A stretch of 64,000 nucleotides of DNA. Source: a virus. Its lineage: Duplodnaviria > Caudoviricetes. Shown here piece after piece: positions 36,243-44,352 of the stretch. A program made the position numbers and the translations under genes. Position 1 is the first letter of the stretch. Every line of letters begins with the position of its first letter. The stretch is from the IMG/VR virus record IMGVR_UViG_3300025608_000017, positions 1 through 64,000 of that record; one strand, written 5' to 3'. The notes below the pieces were generated by a model that saw only the letters and a program-made list of their open reading frames with translations, had not been told where the DNA came from and did not search any database.

Positions 36243-36641
36243 TTACATGAATGCTGATGGGTCAATTGTTGCATGTTCGCCGTCACCGTACTCTCCGCCG
36301 ATTTGAACGCCTTCTGGTTTCTCGTTTGATACTGCTAGAATACTCTCGCTTTCTACCATACGATATTCTTTTTCGCCTGTTCCGTCGTCGACTAGCATAC
36401 TGCGTGTCCAACGTCCGTGTTCTATAAGAATCCAGTCACCTGCTGCATACTCGTCTTTGTTGTCTGGACCTTTATCATATACTCTAGCCCACCGAGGATA
36501 GATGCCCCGAGTCGTGCCGTCGTCGTCCTTGATGATAAGTCCGCCCGCAGTCTTTTGTTCGCCAAAATACATATCAGTCACAAGTACTCTGTTTCCGATA
36601 GCACGTAGACTGCCTTCGATTGCATTAAGATTTATAGCCAT
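36243..36641 (-). CDS. groES: co-chaperonin GroES-like
   Basis: LRAIGNRVLV, KTAGGLII, GDWIL, ESILAV. Confidence 0.75.
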   Translation of the reverse strand: MAINLNAIEGSLRAIGNRVLVTDMYFGEQKTAGGLIIKDDDGTTRGIYPRWARVYDKGPDNKDEYAAGDWILIEHGRWTRSMLVDDGTGEKEYRMVESESILAVSNEKPEGVQIGGEYGDGEHATIDPSAFM

Positions 36642-37060
36642 TATTCACCTTTAGGTACAAAGTTGCCGTTTTCGTCTTCTACCCATGCATCAGCTTCATC
36701 AAGCATCTCTTGTTCTGCTGCTGTTAATGGAGCGTCAATGACAGCTTCATCTTTTTTAGTACTGGTTGCAGCTTTTTTTGTAGGGGTTTTCGCCGCAGAT
36801 GGAATATCTTCTTGTGGTTTATTAGATCGAGCTCTGCCGCTAGAATCTTGTACTGATCCTGCTTGTGCATAATGCTCTGCCACAACTTCTTCACGTTTTT
36901 TAATAATTTGACCACCTGGGCCTAGTTCGTCGCCGCGAGCATTTACTCGAGCATTACCAACCGCAGGTGTTAGTTCATTGCGTTTTCTAAGCAGATCCAT
37001 GTCTACTTGTTTGCCTCGCATACTTCTGTGCTGTTTTTTAGCTGCTGATACTTTTGACAT
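36641..37060 (-). CDS. hypothetical protein
   Basis: 139 aa; VGNARVNARGDELGPGG motif followed by a low-complexity tail. Confidence 0.65.
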   Translation of the reverse strand: MSKVSAAKKQHRSMRGKQVDMDLLRKRNELTPAVGNARVNARGDELGPGGQIIKKREEVVAEHYAQAGSVQDSSGRARSNKPQEDIPSAAKTPTKKAATSTKKDEAVIDAPLTAAEQEMLDEADAWVEDENGNFVPKGE

Positions 37061-37087
37061 ATCTTTCTCCTTTAATTATATACTTAC

Positions 37088-37609
37088 TTATCTCAAGAAC
37101 TCTCTCCAATCCAGGTCAAACTGGATTGAATTAATACGATGTACACCTATCAAATACAACACATAACTTGCTACACTTGATCCGCGTCCTACGCCCCATA
37201 CAATATCATTCTCACGCATAAAGTCTACAAGATAGATCATATAACGTAACAAGTTCATCATTCCTCTACCTTCAAACTCTGCAAGTTCTTCAGCGGACCT
37301 TGCTGTTTCGTCTTGTGTAGTACATTTTGTAAGAACGTAGTTGTGTACGTTTAGTGTTTTGTATTCATCAGGCATAAACCATTCACCTTGACATACACCG
37401 TCAAAAGTCTTTTGATCTACATCTAGGGGAATATATTTCTGTAGTTTGTCAAAGCCTTGTTCTTCCATCGCAGCATTGAACTTGTCTACATCGTCGTCAG
37501 CATCACACAACACTACATGCACCTTATCCGCATGACCACTATAGATCATATCGACTAAGTCTTTGTTTGTAAATCGTGGAATACCAAGTTTGTCAGTTTT
37601 CATAAGCAT
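37088..37609 (-). CDS. stand-alone DNA polymerase III alpha (DnaE)-like fragment
   Basis: YLVDFMRENDIVWGVGRGSSVASYVLYLIGVHRINSI.FDL..REFLR mirrors the DnaE GPGRGSAAGSLVAYALGIT.IDP..FDLLFERFL motif. Confidence 0.75.
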   Translation of the reverse strand: MLMKTDKLGIPRFTNKDLVDMIYSGHADKVHVVLCDADDDVDKFNAAMEEQGFDKLQKYIPLDVDQKTFDGVCQGEWFMPDEYKTLNVHNYVLTKCTTQDETARSAEELAEFEGRGMMNLLRYMIYLVDFMRENDIVWGVGRGSSVASYVLYLIGVHRINSIQFDLDWREFLR

Positions 37610-37618
37610 ACACTTATT

Positions 37619-37858
37619 TTAACTTACATTAATTAAATCGTCAAGTCCTGATTCGCCATTTTCTTGATTTTTCTGACGTTCGTATTCGACGGCACGGCGT
37701 GTTTGTACTTCTTGTTTGTAGATTTCTAAGAAGTTTGAGATTTGATGTTGTACTCCAGGATTTGCAGTCATAAAGTATCTGCGTTGGAGTACAACTATTT
37801 TTTCTTCTAATTCGTTTATAGTAAGATCTGCTAAACTATCAACCAACGGATTAATCAT
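37619..37858 (-). CDS. hypothetical protein
   Basis: Likely start is MINPL at 37858. Confidence 0.6.
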   Translation of the reverse strand: MINPLVDSLADLTINELEEKIVVLQRRYFMTANPGVQHQISNFLEIYKQEVQTRRAVEYERQKNQENGESGLDDLINVS

Positions 37859-38445
37859 TAGGTGTATTGTCCTCTGTATTCTGCATATACAGTTGTTCCT
37901 TGATTGTATGTCCAAAAATCAATGATTATAGGATTAGTACTACTGTCTACAGTAGCAGTTGCAACGCCGCCTACTCTAGGATAATCTGCACTATATTTAA
38001 TTATTCCGCCGCCATCGACCGTAAACGTTACAGTTTTAGCAGTGTCATTGCCTAACATCTGAACAGTCATTTTAGCAACATGATCTCTTTCAGGCCAATC
38101 TGAAAGTGCAAAGTTAATAGTGCTGTCGCCTTCAGATAAATTAATATTCATGCTTTGGTAGTGTCCGTTTAAAAAACTAATATTCATTCCACTAGTAGCA
38201 GCACCGATGTTATGATACTTTTCAGTGTTTAGTGAAAAATTAGCATTTGTAACATCACTACCTAAAAAATCATTCGATTCGTTTAGTTTAGCAGTATTAG
38301 CTTGGAGAGCAGTTATTTCACTAGTTGCTGTTGCTAATCCTGTTTTAATAATTGTGAAGTTGTCGCGAAATCCTTGAGTGTCGTTATCGACACCTGCTAC
38401 TGGATATGCTCCATCAATTGTTCCACTTATAATATTGCTTGGCAT
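37858..38445 (-). CDS. putative virion structural protein
   Basis: YPVAGVDNDTQGFRDNF N-terminal motif; late promoter at 38464-38470. Confidence 0.6.
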   Translation of the reverse strand: MPSNIISGTIDGAYPVAGVDNDTQGFRDNFTIIKTGLATATSEITALQANTAKLNESNDFLGSDVTNANFSLNTEKYHNIGAATSGMNISFLNGHYQSMNINLSEGDSTINFALSDWPERDHVAKMTVQMLGNDTAKTVTFTVDGGGIIKYSADYPRVGGVATATVDSSTNPIIIDFWTYNQGTTVYAEYRGQYT

Positions 38446-38463
38446 GTTAATTCCTCTTTTGTA

Positions 38464-38470
38464 TATTTAT
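38464..38470 (-). promoter_or_regulatory. T4-type late promoter ATAAATA
   Basis: 19 nt upstream of start 38445. Confidence 0.6.
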
Positions 38471-38475
38471 CGATG

Positions 38476-41400
38476 TTACACATTGAATTGGTAATTTGCG
38501 AACAGTACAAATTTCTCAACATCGCTGTTTTCTGTTTGTTTGACAATATATCTGTCTATATCGTAGTTGATTATTTTAGGATCAAAACCATAGTTTTTAA
38601 TGTTATTGATTATACTTGCTGCTTCGCCAGGTTTGCAATAACAAATAGGTATAGCAGTTATGTAGTCTAATTCTTCAAATCCTGTTTGTGCAGTACGCAT
38701 CCATAATGGAAGATAGTTTCTTTCTTCTTCGCCAATAGTTTTAATATTTGCTCTCATATTATCTATACTACTTATGTATCTAACAGAATCGTTTGATTGG
38801 CTAACATTGACAGCATTAGAATCTGTTTTAATAGTGTTGGTTTTAGGTCTAAAGCGATAAGGTTCGCTTTCTCCTTTTTGCAGTTCAATTGTTACTGTTC
38901 CGCCATCACGCACTGTAATTTCAAAATCTGCATCGTCAACATTAAGTTCTTCTTCAGCAGGCGCACGAGTGTCGATTATTATTTCGTCAGTTTGACCAAA
39001 TACAAATCTTACAGTTGATCTAGTACCGATTGCTAATTGATTATACCCTGCATTAAATCTAGTTGCATCGTCTACTACTGCATATTGTATACTATCTACA
39101 GTAATTTTTTCTTTGTTTTTTATTTTAAAACTTTCAGCCGTCTTTGTGTTAGCAACAGTCGAGTTTGCAGGATCTTTAACTTCTATATATACCACTTCGT
39201 ATATTGTATCTGAAGTTGCACTTTCCTTTGCTACAGCACTTTTAATGTCGCCAAGTATATATTTTTTACGCTTGTGACCTTTAGCTGCCGCAGCAATAAA
39301 TTTATCAATAGAAGCTGCTTCTACGCCTGCATAAACAAGCATATCTAAATTTTTCTGTATGCCGAACGTAGTATCGCTCGGTCGATAAATTTTATTAGGA
39401 GTAAACACTTCAGGGTTACTAATAAAGTTTTTATAGTAAGTTTTTTGATCTGTTGGTAGCATCGGACGCATGTAAATATCAGTATATTTCGTTCTATTTA
39501 AATCTACAACATTTAACGAAAATTCACGTTCAATTGCTGTATAGTTAAATCGATCTCTTGCTTCAACTGTAAATTTATAGCTTCGGTCAAATGTAGTATC
39601 ACCTGGTAAACTACCGTCCCAAGTAACTGCTAAATTTTCAAACGTGGTTAATCCAGGATTGTCAACAGTGCCAAACTGTCTTGGTGTACCAATTATTTCA
39701 CCGTCGTAGTTAAGTGTTAGACCAAATGGCAGTTTTCCTGACTTTAAAGTATAAATCATAGCAGTGTCTGGCACTGTTGTTTCTGCTATTAATTTCAAAG
39801 TACTTGTAAAGTTAGCATTGATATTTCCTAAATCAGCAGGCGTAATCCAATTGATATTACTATCAATTTCGCCAATTACACGCACTTCAAATGTTTTGAC
39901 AGTACTAGGTATATCTATTTCATCATTAGATGCAACAATTAAATTCTTAAAGAAACTATCTTTAGCAAATAATGAAATACCTATATTTCTGCCATTATTC
40001 AATTGTGAAATTAGATTTTTATCTAAAGTTATTTTATCTTCGTTATCTCTTATAAGAGTTGCAACTATATCACTACTGTCTGAACCTGCAAAAAAGTCTT
40101 GTATATTTGATCTTATTCTCGAATACGATGTACTAGGCACTCTAATACGCCAATTTAAATCGTCGATTACTGTAATATATGCTGTGTCATTATATTCTGC
40201 TTCTAGTGCTTGCTCTGTTGCAGTAATTCTATCAGCTAAACTAAGATCTTCTAGTGTTTCTGCAACTTCTTGCCAGTTTGCACTTATGAAATCTAATTGT
40301 ACAATACCCTCAACTAATATGTCGTCACCGAATTCGTCTTTTTGTGAAGCTGTACTGTGCGATACTGTACATTGGTATATTTTTCCGTCGCCACCTGTCT
40401 CGATAGTATTGATAACATAATCGCCTATAAAATAATTTTCGTTTACTTCTATCACTCGTGGAGAATATGCTGGCAAAAATGGATCATTGGCTGTAGTCTG
40501 AGTAACTTGCCACTCTATGTAAGGAGTAAATGTATTAAGAGTATATGTTTCTGTATTACTAAATCTTAATGTTCTATTAGTATATTTTGTTTTAGCTGCT
40601 TCTGTTAATCTACTAATAAAAATATGATCTTGCCCAACTGTTGCAGTTTGACTTAATTGTAAATTAATACTAGGAGCAAGTGTTTCGTCAACAAATATGA
40701 TATCATAATCTGTATTTCTAGCATCAACGTTAGTAACTGTATATTGTCTTTTACCTAACAGAATCTTTTTACCAACTAATTCAAATAGGTCATTGGTGCC
40801 GTCTATGTCGCCAGTTAAATCAATTTTATTAATTTTAAAACTATTATTGCCTAATAATACATCTTCGTAAAAGTTTGCAAATATTGTAACTGTTTCTAAG
40901 TCTGTAGTTATTCTAGTTGCTCTCACAGTAAATCTATAATTTTGTGTAATAGCAGGCTGATAAGGAATGCGTCCGATAACTTCGCCAGTTTGACTGTCTA
41001 ATTCCATTCCTGGAGGCAATTCACTTGGAGTGCCATCATCATTTACATCTTCGAGTGTGTAAACCACAACACCTTCTAATGTCCAGTTATCTACAATTTC
41101 TAAATATATTGTTGTATAATTATTTGCTCGTTTAAATCCTAAGTCCGTAGGTGTGATCCATACAGGAGTTCTTACATTTGTGTTATCAGCAGTAAATACA
41201 CCTGTGCTTGCTTGCATAATGGTATTGTCTGCTTTTAAATAGTCATCGCCGACTAGATAAATTTTAAATTCACGTCTTACAAAGTTTTCGCCGTCTGTAA
41301 CTGTAACAGCAAACGGATAGTATCTATTTAATTTTCTTAGATTTGCAGTAGGTTCGTTATAATCAAAATCAACAGTGTCATAATAAAAACTACCGTAACC

Positions 41401-41988
41401 GTTTGAGCTGGTTACTGAATAGTCTATCGGAACGCCAGAGAATGGAGCACTATCATAACCTCCTCCAATATTTCGTTTATCTAAACTGAGCAATGGCTCA
41501 GTAGTGCCTTGCAGCCTTCCGTCATCTGATAGTGTAATACCTACCGGAAGTGTGCCATCGCCATCAGCAATAAAATATGAAAGTTCATCGCCTGCACTTA
41601 AATCAGAATCAGTTGCTACTAACTGATAATCGACAATTTCGTTATCGAGGATAAACAAGCTATTGTTTGAACCAATTGGCAATAGTCCTTCGTTAGTTTG
41701 CCATGTAGGACTATCTGGACCAGTAACTACAAACTCAATAGTACAGTCTTGAAAACCTTCGTCGGTTGTTGCTCGGAACACAGCATTAAATGTTGTATCA
41801 TATGCAACTTCATATACTGTGCCTACTATTATATTATTTTCTAGTCTTGACCCTGTGGGAATTTTGCCACTAATTAATTCTACGTCAGCAGTAATACCAT
41901 TTGCTAATGGCAACGGAATATTAACCTGAGTTCTTTCGATTAGTGTTCTAAGACGATTTCCAGTTGCAACATTCCATAATTTTAACAT
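38476..41988 (-). CDS. baseplate wedge-like structural protein with Ig-like repeats
   Basis: 1170 aa with repeated GxLPxGxxL...GxIxG Ig/He_PIG-like units, in the structural module. Confidence 0.65.
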   Translation of the reverse strand: MLKLWNVATGNRLRTLIERTQVNIPLPLANGITADVELISGKIPTGSRLENNIIVGTVYEVAYDTTFNAVFRATTDEGFQDCTIEFVVTGPDSPTWQTNEGLLPIGSNNSLFILDNEIVDYQLVATDSDLSAGDELSYFIADGDGTLPVGITLSDDGRLQGTTEPLLSLDKRNIGGGYDSAPFSGVPIDYSVTSSNGYGSFYYDTVDFDYNEPTANLRKLNRYYPFAVTVTDGENFVRREFKIYLVGDDYLKADNTIMQASTGVFTADNTNVRTPVWITPTDLGFKRANNYTTIYLEIVDNWTLEGVVVYTLEDVNDDGTPSELPPGMELDSQTGEVIGRIPYQPAITQNYRFTVRATRITTDLETVTIFANFYEDVLLGNNSFKINKIDLTGDIDGTNDLFELVGKKILLGKRQYTVTNVDARNTDYDIIFVDETLAPSINLQLSQTATVGQDHIFISRLTEAAKTKYTNRTLRFSNTETYTLNTFTPYIEWQVTQTTANDPFLPAYSPRVIEVNENYFIGDYVINTIETGGDGKIYQCTVSHSTASQKDEFGDDILVEGIVQLDFISANWQEVAETLEDLSLADRITATEQALEAEYNDTAYITVIDDLNWRIRVPSTSYSRIRSNIQDFFAGSDSSDIVATLIRDNEDKITLDKNLISQLNNGRNIGISLFAKDSFFKNLIVASNDEIDIPSTVKTFEVRVIGEIDSNINWITPADLGNINANFTSTLKLIAETTVPDTAMIYTLKSGKLPFGLTLNYDGEIIGTPRQFGTVDNPGLTTFENLAVTWDGSLPGDTTFDRSYKFTVEARDRFNYTAIEREFSLNVVDLNRTKYTDIYMRPMLPTDQKTYYKNFISNPEVFTPNKIYRPSDTTFGIQKNLDMLVYAGVEAASIDKFIAAAAKGHKRKKYILGDIKSAVAKESATSDTIYEVVYIEVKDPANSTVANTKTAESFKIKNKEKITVDSIQYAVVDDATRFNAGYNQLAIGTRSTVRFVFGQTDEIIIDTRAPAEEELNVDDADFEITVRDGGTVTIELQKGESEPYRFRPKTNTIKTDSNAVNVSQSNDSVRYISSIDNMRANIKTIGEEERNYLPLWMRTAQTGFEELDYITAIPICYCKPGEAASIINNIKNYGFDPKIINYDIDRYIVKQTENSDVEKFVLFANYQFNV

Positions 41989-42010
41989 TAAATAGATTCC
42001 TTATACAACG

Positions 42011-42017
42011 TATTTAT
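42011..42017 (-). promoter_or_regulatory. T4-type late promoter ATAAATA
   Basis: 23 nt upstream of start 41988. Confidence 0.6.
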
Positions 42018-42027
42018 CGGAAATATG

Positions 42028-42786
42028 TTATACAGCAATTGTGCCGAGATCAAGTGTTGTAGTATTAGGTGTAAGTATAGACCCGCCGTCTACATCAGTA
42101 TTAACTATTAAATATTCTAATATATTAGACACAGTAGGAAACATTTGACCAAAGTCTGCCACGTTGTCTCCGAGAATGTTACGTATATCAATGTTGTGGA
42201 CCAGGCCTGTCACGTTTCCTACAACATTACCTGTTACGTTTCCTACAACATTACCTGTTACGTTCCCTGTTAAAGGACCATTAATTCCGGAACTAGTAAT
42301 AGTGCCTACATTTAATAGATTATTTGCCTGTGCATCAAGATCACCACTTAATTGAGGAGATAAATCTGATACCAAATCGGTAATACCTGTATACTCAACA
42401 GTAAGCACACCGTCTACAATCTCTGTGCTAATGTCTGCTCCACCAGTTATAGTTAATGCTGCACTATCCTCTAATACAACATCACCTGTGTCAGCAGTAA
42501 TAGTCAAATCACTTACACCACGGTCTGCGGCTATCACAATCTTATTATCATCAGCAGTCAATGTTACATTTGAACCAGCACTAATTTTTTTAAACTCTAA
42601 GTCATATGAACTTCTACGGAAGAATAAGCCTTCTCCAGTGTCTCCTAAGTTACTAGCAGACGTTTGTTCATCATCACGTAAGTCTAACTCTTCAAAGTTT
42701 GAATTAATTTTGATCATTGCTTCACGAAGATCATCACCTGTTCCATCGTTTGCAACATTGCCTATATTAATTAATTGTACTGCCAT
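42028..42786 (-). CDS. baseplate/tail-fibre-associated trimeric protein (gp9/gp10-like N-terminus)
   Basis: INIGNVANDGTGDDLREAMIKINSNF; LSPQLSGDLD; GNVT/GNVV repeats. Confidence 0.65.
   Translation of the reverse strand: MAVQLINIGNVANDGTGDDLREAMIKINSNFEELDLRDDEQTSASNLGDTGEGLFFRRSSYDLEFKKISAGSNVTLTADDNKIVIAADRGVSDLTITADTGDVVLEDSAALTITGGADISTEIVDGVLTVEYTGITDLVSDLSPQLSGDLDAQANNLLNVGTITSSGINGPLTGNVTGNVVGNVTGNVVGNVTGLVHNIDIRNILGDNVADFGQMFPTVSNILEYLIVNTDVDGGSILTPNTTTLDLGTIAV
42205..42270. repeat. 24-nt coding tandem repeat encoding GNVTGNVV
   Basis: cctgttacgtttcctacaacatta, about 2.5 copies. Confidence 0.8.
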
Positions 42787-42787
42787 T

Positions 42788-44338
42788 TTATCTTCCTAAT
42801 TTCATTTGAACATTACTATTGAACTTGTTAAATGCAAATCTATTTTCGCCACCTAACAAACTACGTGTGTCAGTATAAGCAACTGCGCTTGCAGTGTCGT
42901 ATAGTTGTACAGTTTTAGCAGTAGAGTTAATAAACGACAACCCTTGTGCAGGCGTTGCATTGGGATTTAATTGAAGCCACAATGCTAGTAATCCTGCAAC
43001 TTGTGGACTTGCCATACTTGTGCCGCCTATGTTATTAATTAAGAATGTAGCATCTGCTGGATAAGGGTTGTCAACTAAGGTAGCACCAAATCTATTAGTT
43101 GTACTCATTGCACTCATAATATCTGTGCCTGGAGCATACACACTTACACCTGGACCGCACTCTGAACTAGCTGATTTTTGTTCTAATCCTCCTGTGTGTT
43201 CTGCACTATCAATGTTGCCTACTATATGTGCTTCGTCGTCATAAGGACTAGAACCTCTTTGATAAGATACTGAGCCAGTATTTGCTGCCATAAAGTTATC
43301 ATAGTCATCGCCGCCTGCAACATCAATCTTATGACTCCTGTTTCCTGCTGCAACACACACATGTATTCCGGCATCAATCATTAATTGCACATCAGCATCA
43401 ACTGATGCTAGCCTTAAATTTGTTGCAAATCTGCCATTGCTTGTAGTTGGTGGCAATCCAAATGCCCAACGTTTTGCTGTGGTATCAATATCTGTACCTG
43501 TTTTTAAATCGCCTCTGTATGTAAGGTTAGTAACAGTATCATAACGTCTTAAATAACCCCAACTGTGATTAACAACTGTTGGTCTTTTATAACCTGTTGC
43601 AGGATCTACTGCTTTAGCATTGTGCCACGCTATAATAACGTCAGCCATAGCAGTAACAGTGATACCGCTATTTGGATCTGTTGGGCCTTCTAAGCCAGCT
43701 AATTTTATACTATAAATTTTAGCGTTTTTGGCCCAGCCATATGTTTTGCCTGCCAGTGTGCCAGCAACGTGTGTGCCGTGTCCGTCATAGTCTGTGTAAT
43801 GTTCTGGCGGCATTGTTCCAGAAACACCACTTACATCAAACCAGTCAATTTCTTGTACTCTGCTTACTCCATCAGCATCTTGAAATTCTGGATGATCAGC
43901 TTGTATGCCGCTATCTACAATAACAACATCAACACCTGTGCCGTCTAGTGTGTAATTATATCCGCCTGTAACGTTGACACCAGTATAGGGATTAGTAGCT
44001 TCGTTCATTCTACGCATGCCCCAATTTAAAAACTCGCCGCGGTCCAGTGTGGTTTTTGTAAACAGACCAGTTTGCTCGGCTCTAACTCCGATACCTGTAT
44101 CTGGATCTAAATCGGGCAGCAAATCAACACCATAAACTCTTGAATCATTTTTCAGTGCTTCTGCTTCGTCGTCTGTTAAATTATAATGTGTGTTACGAGT
44201 ATTAGTAGCACGTTGATCTGCAACGTTAACAGTGCGTCCAGGTATTGCTCCAGCTCCTGTAGTTGCAATCATTTCTTGATTAAATGCTACGTGATCTACA
44301 CCTCTGTTTAAACTTACAATATATTCTTTTTCACTCAT
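42788..44338 (-). CDS. subtilisin-family (S8) serine protease
   Basis: Catalytic triad VDSG / HGTHVAG / GTSMASPQVAG; oxyanion Asn in AAGN; N-terminal prodomain. Confidence 0.92.
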   Translation of the reverse strand: MSEKEYIVSLNRGVDHVAFNQEMIATTGAGAIPGRTVNVADQRATNTRNTHYNLTDDEAEALKNDSRVYGVDLLPDLDPDTGIGVRAEQTGLFTKTTLDRGEFLNWGMRRMNEATNPYTGVNVTGGYNYTLDGTGVDVVIVDSGIQADHPEFQDADGVSRVQEIDWFDVSGVSGTMPPEHYTDYDGHGTHVAGTLAGKTYGWAKNAKIYSIKLAGLEGPTDPNSGITVTAMADVIIAWHNAKAVDPATGYKRPTVVNHSWGYLRRYDTVTNLTYRGDLKTGTDIDTTAKRWAFGLPPTTSNGRFATNLRLASVDADVQLMIDAGIHVCVAAGNRSHKIDVAGGDDYDNFMAANTGSVSYQRGSSPYDDEAHIVGNIDSAEHTGGLEQKSASSECGPGVSVYAPGTDIMSAMSTTNRFGATLVDNPYPADATFLINNIGGTSMASPQVAGLLALWLQLNPNATPAQGLSFINSTAKTVQLYDTASAVAYTDTRSLLGGENRFAFNKFNSNVQMKLGR

Positions 44339-44352
44339 TTTATTTTCCTATA

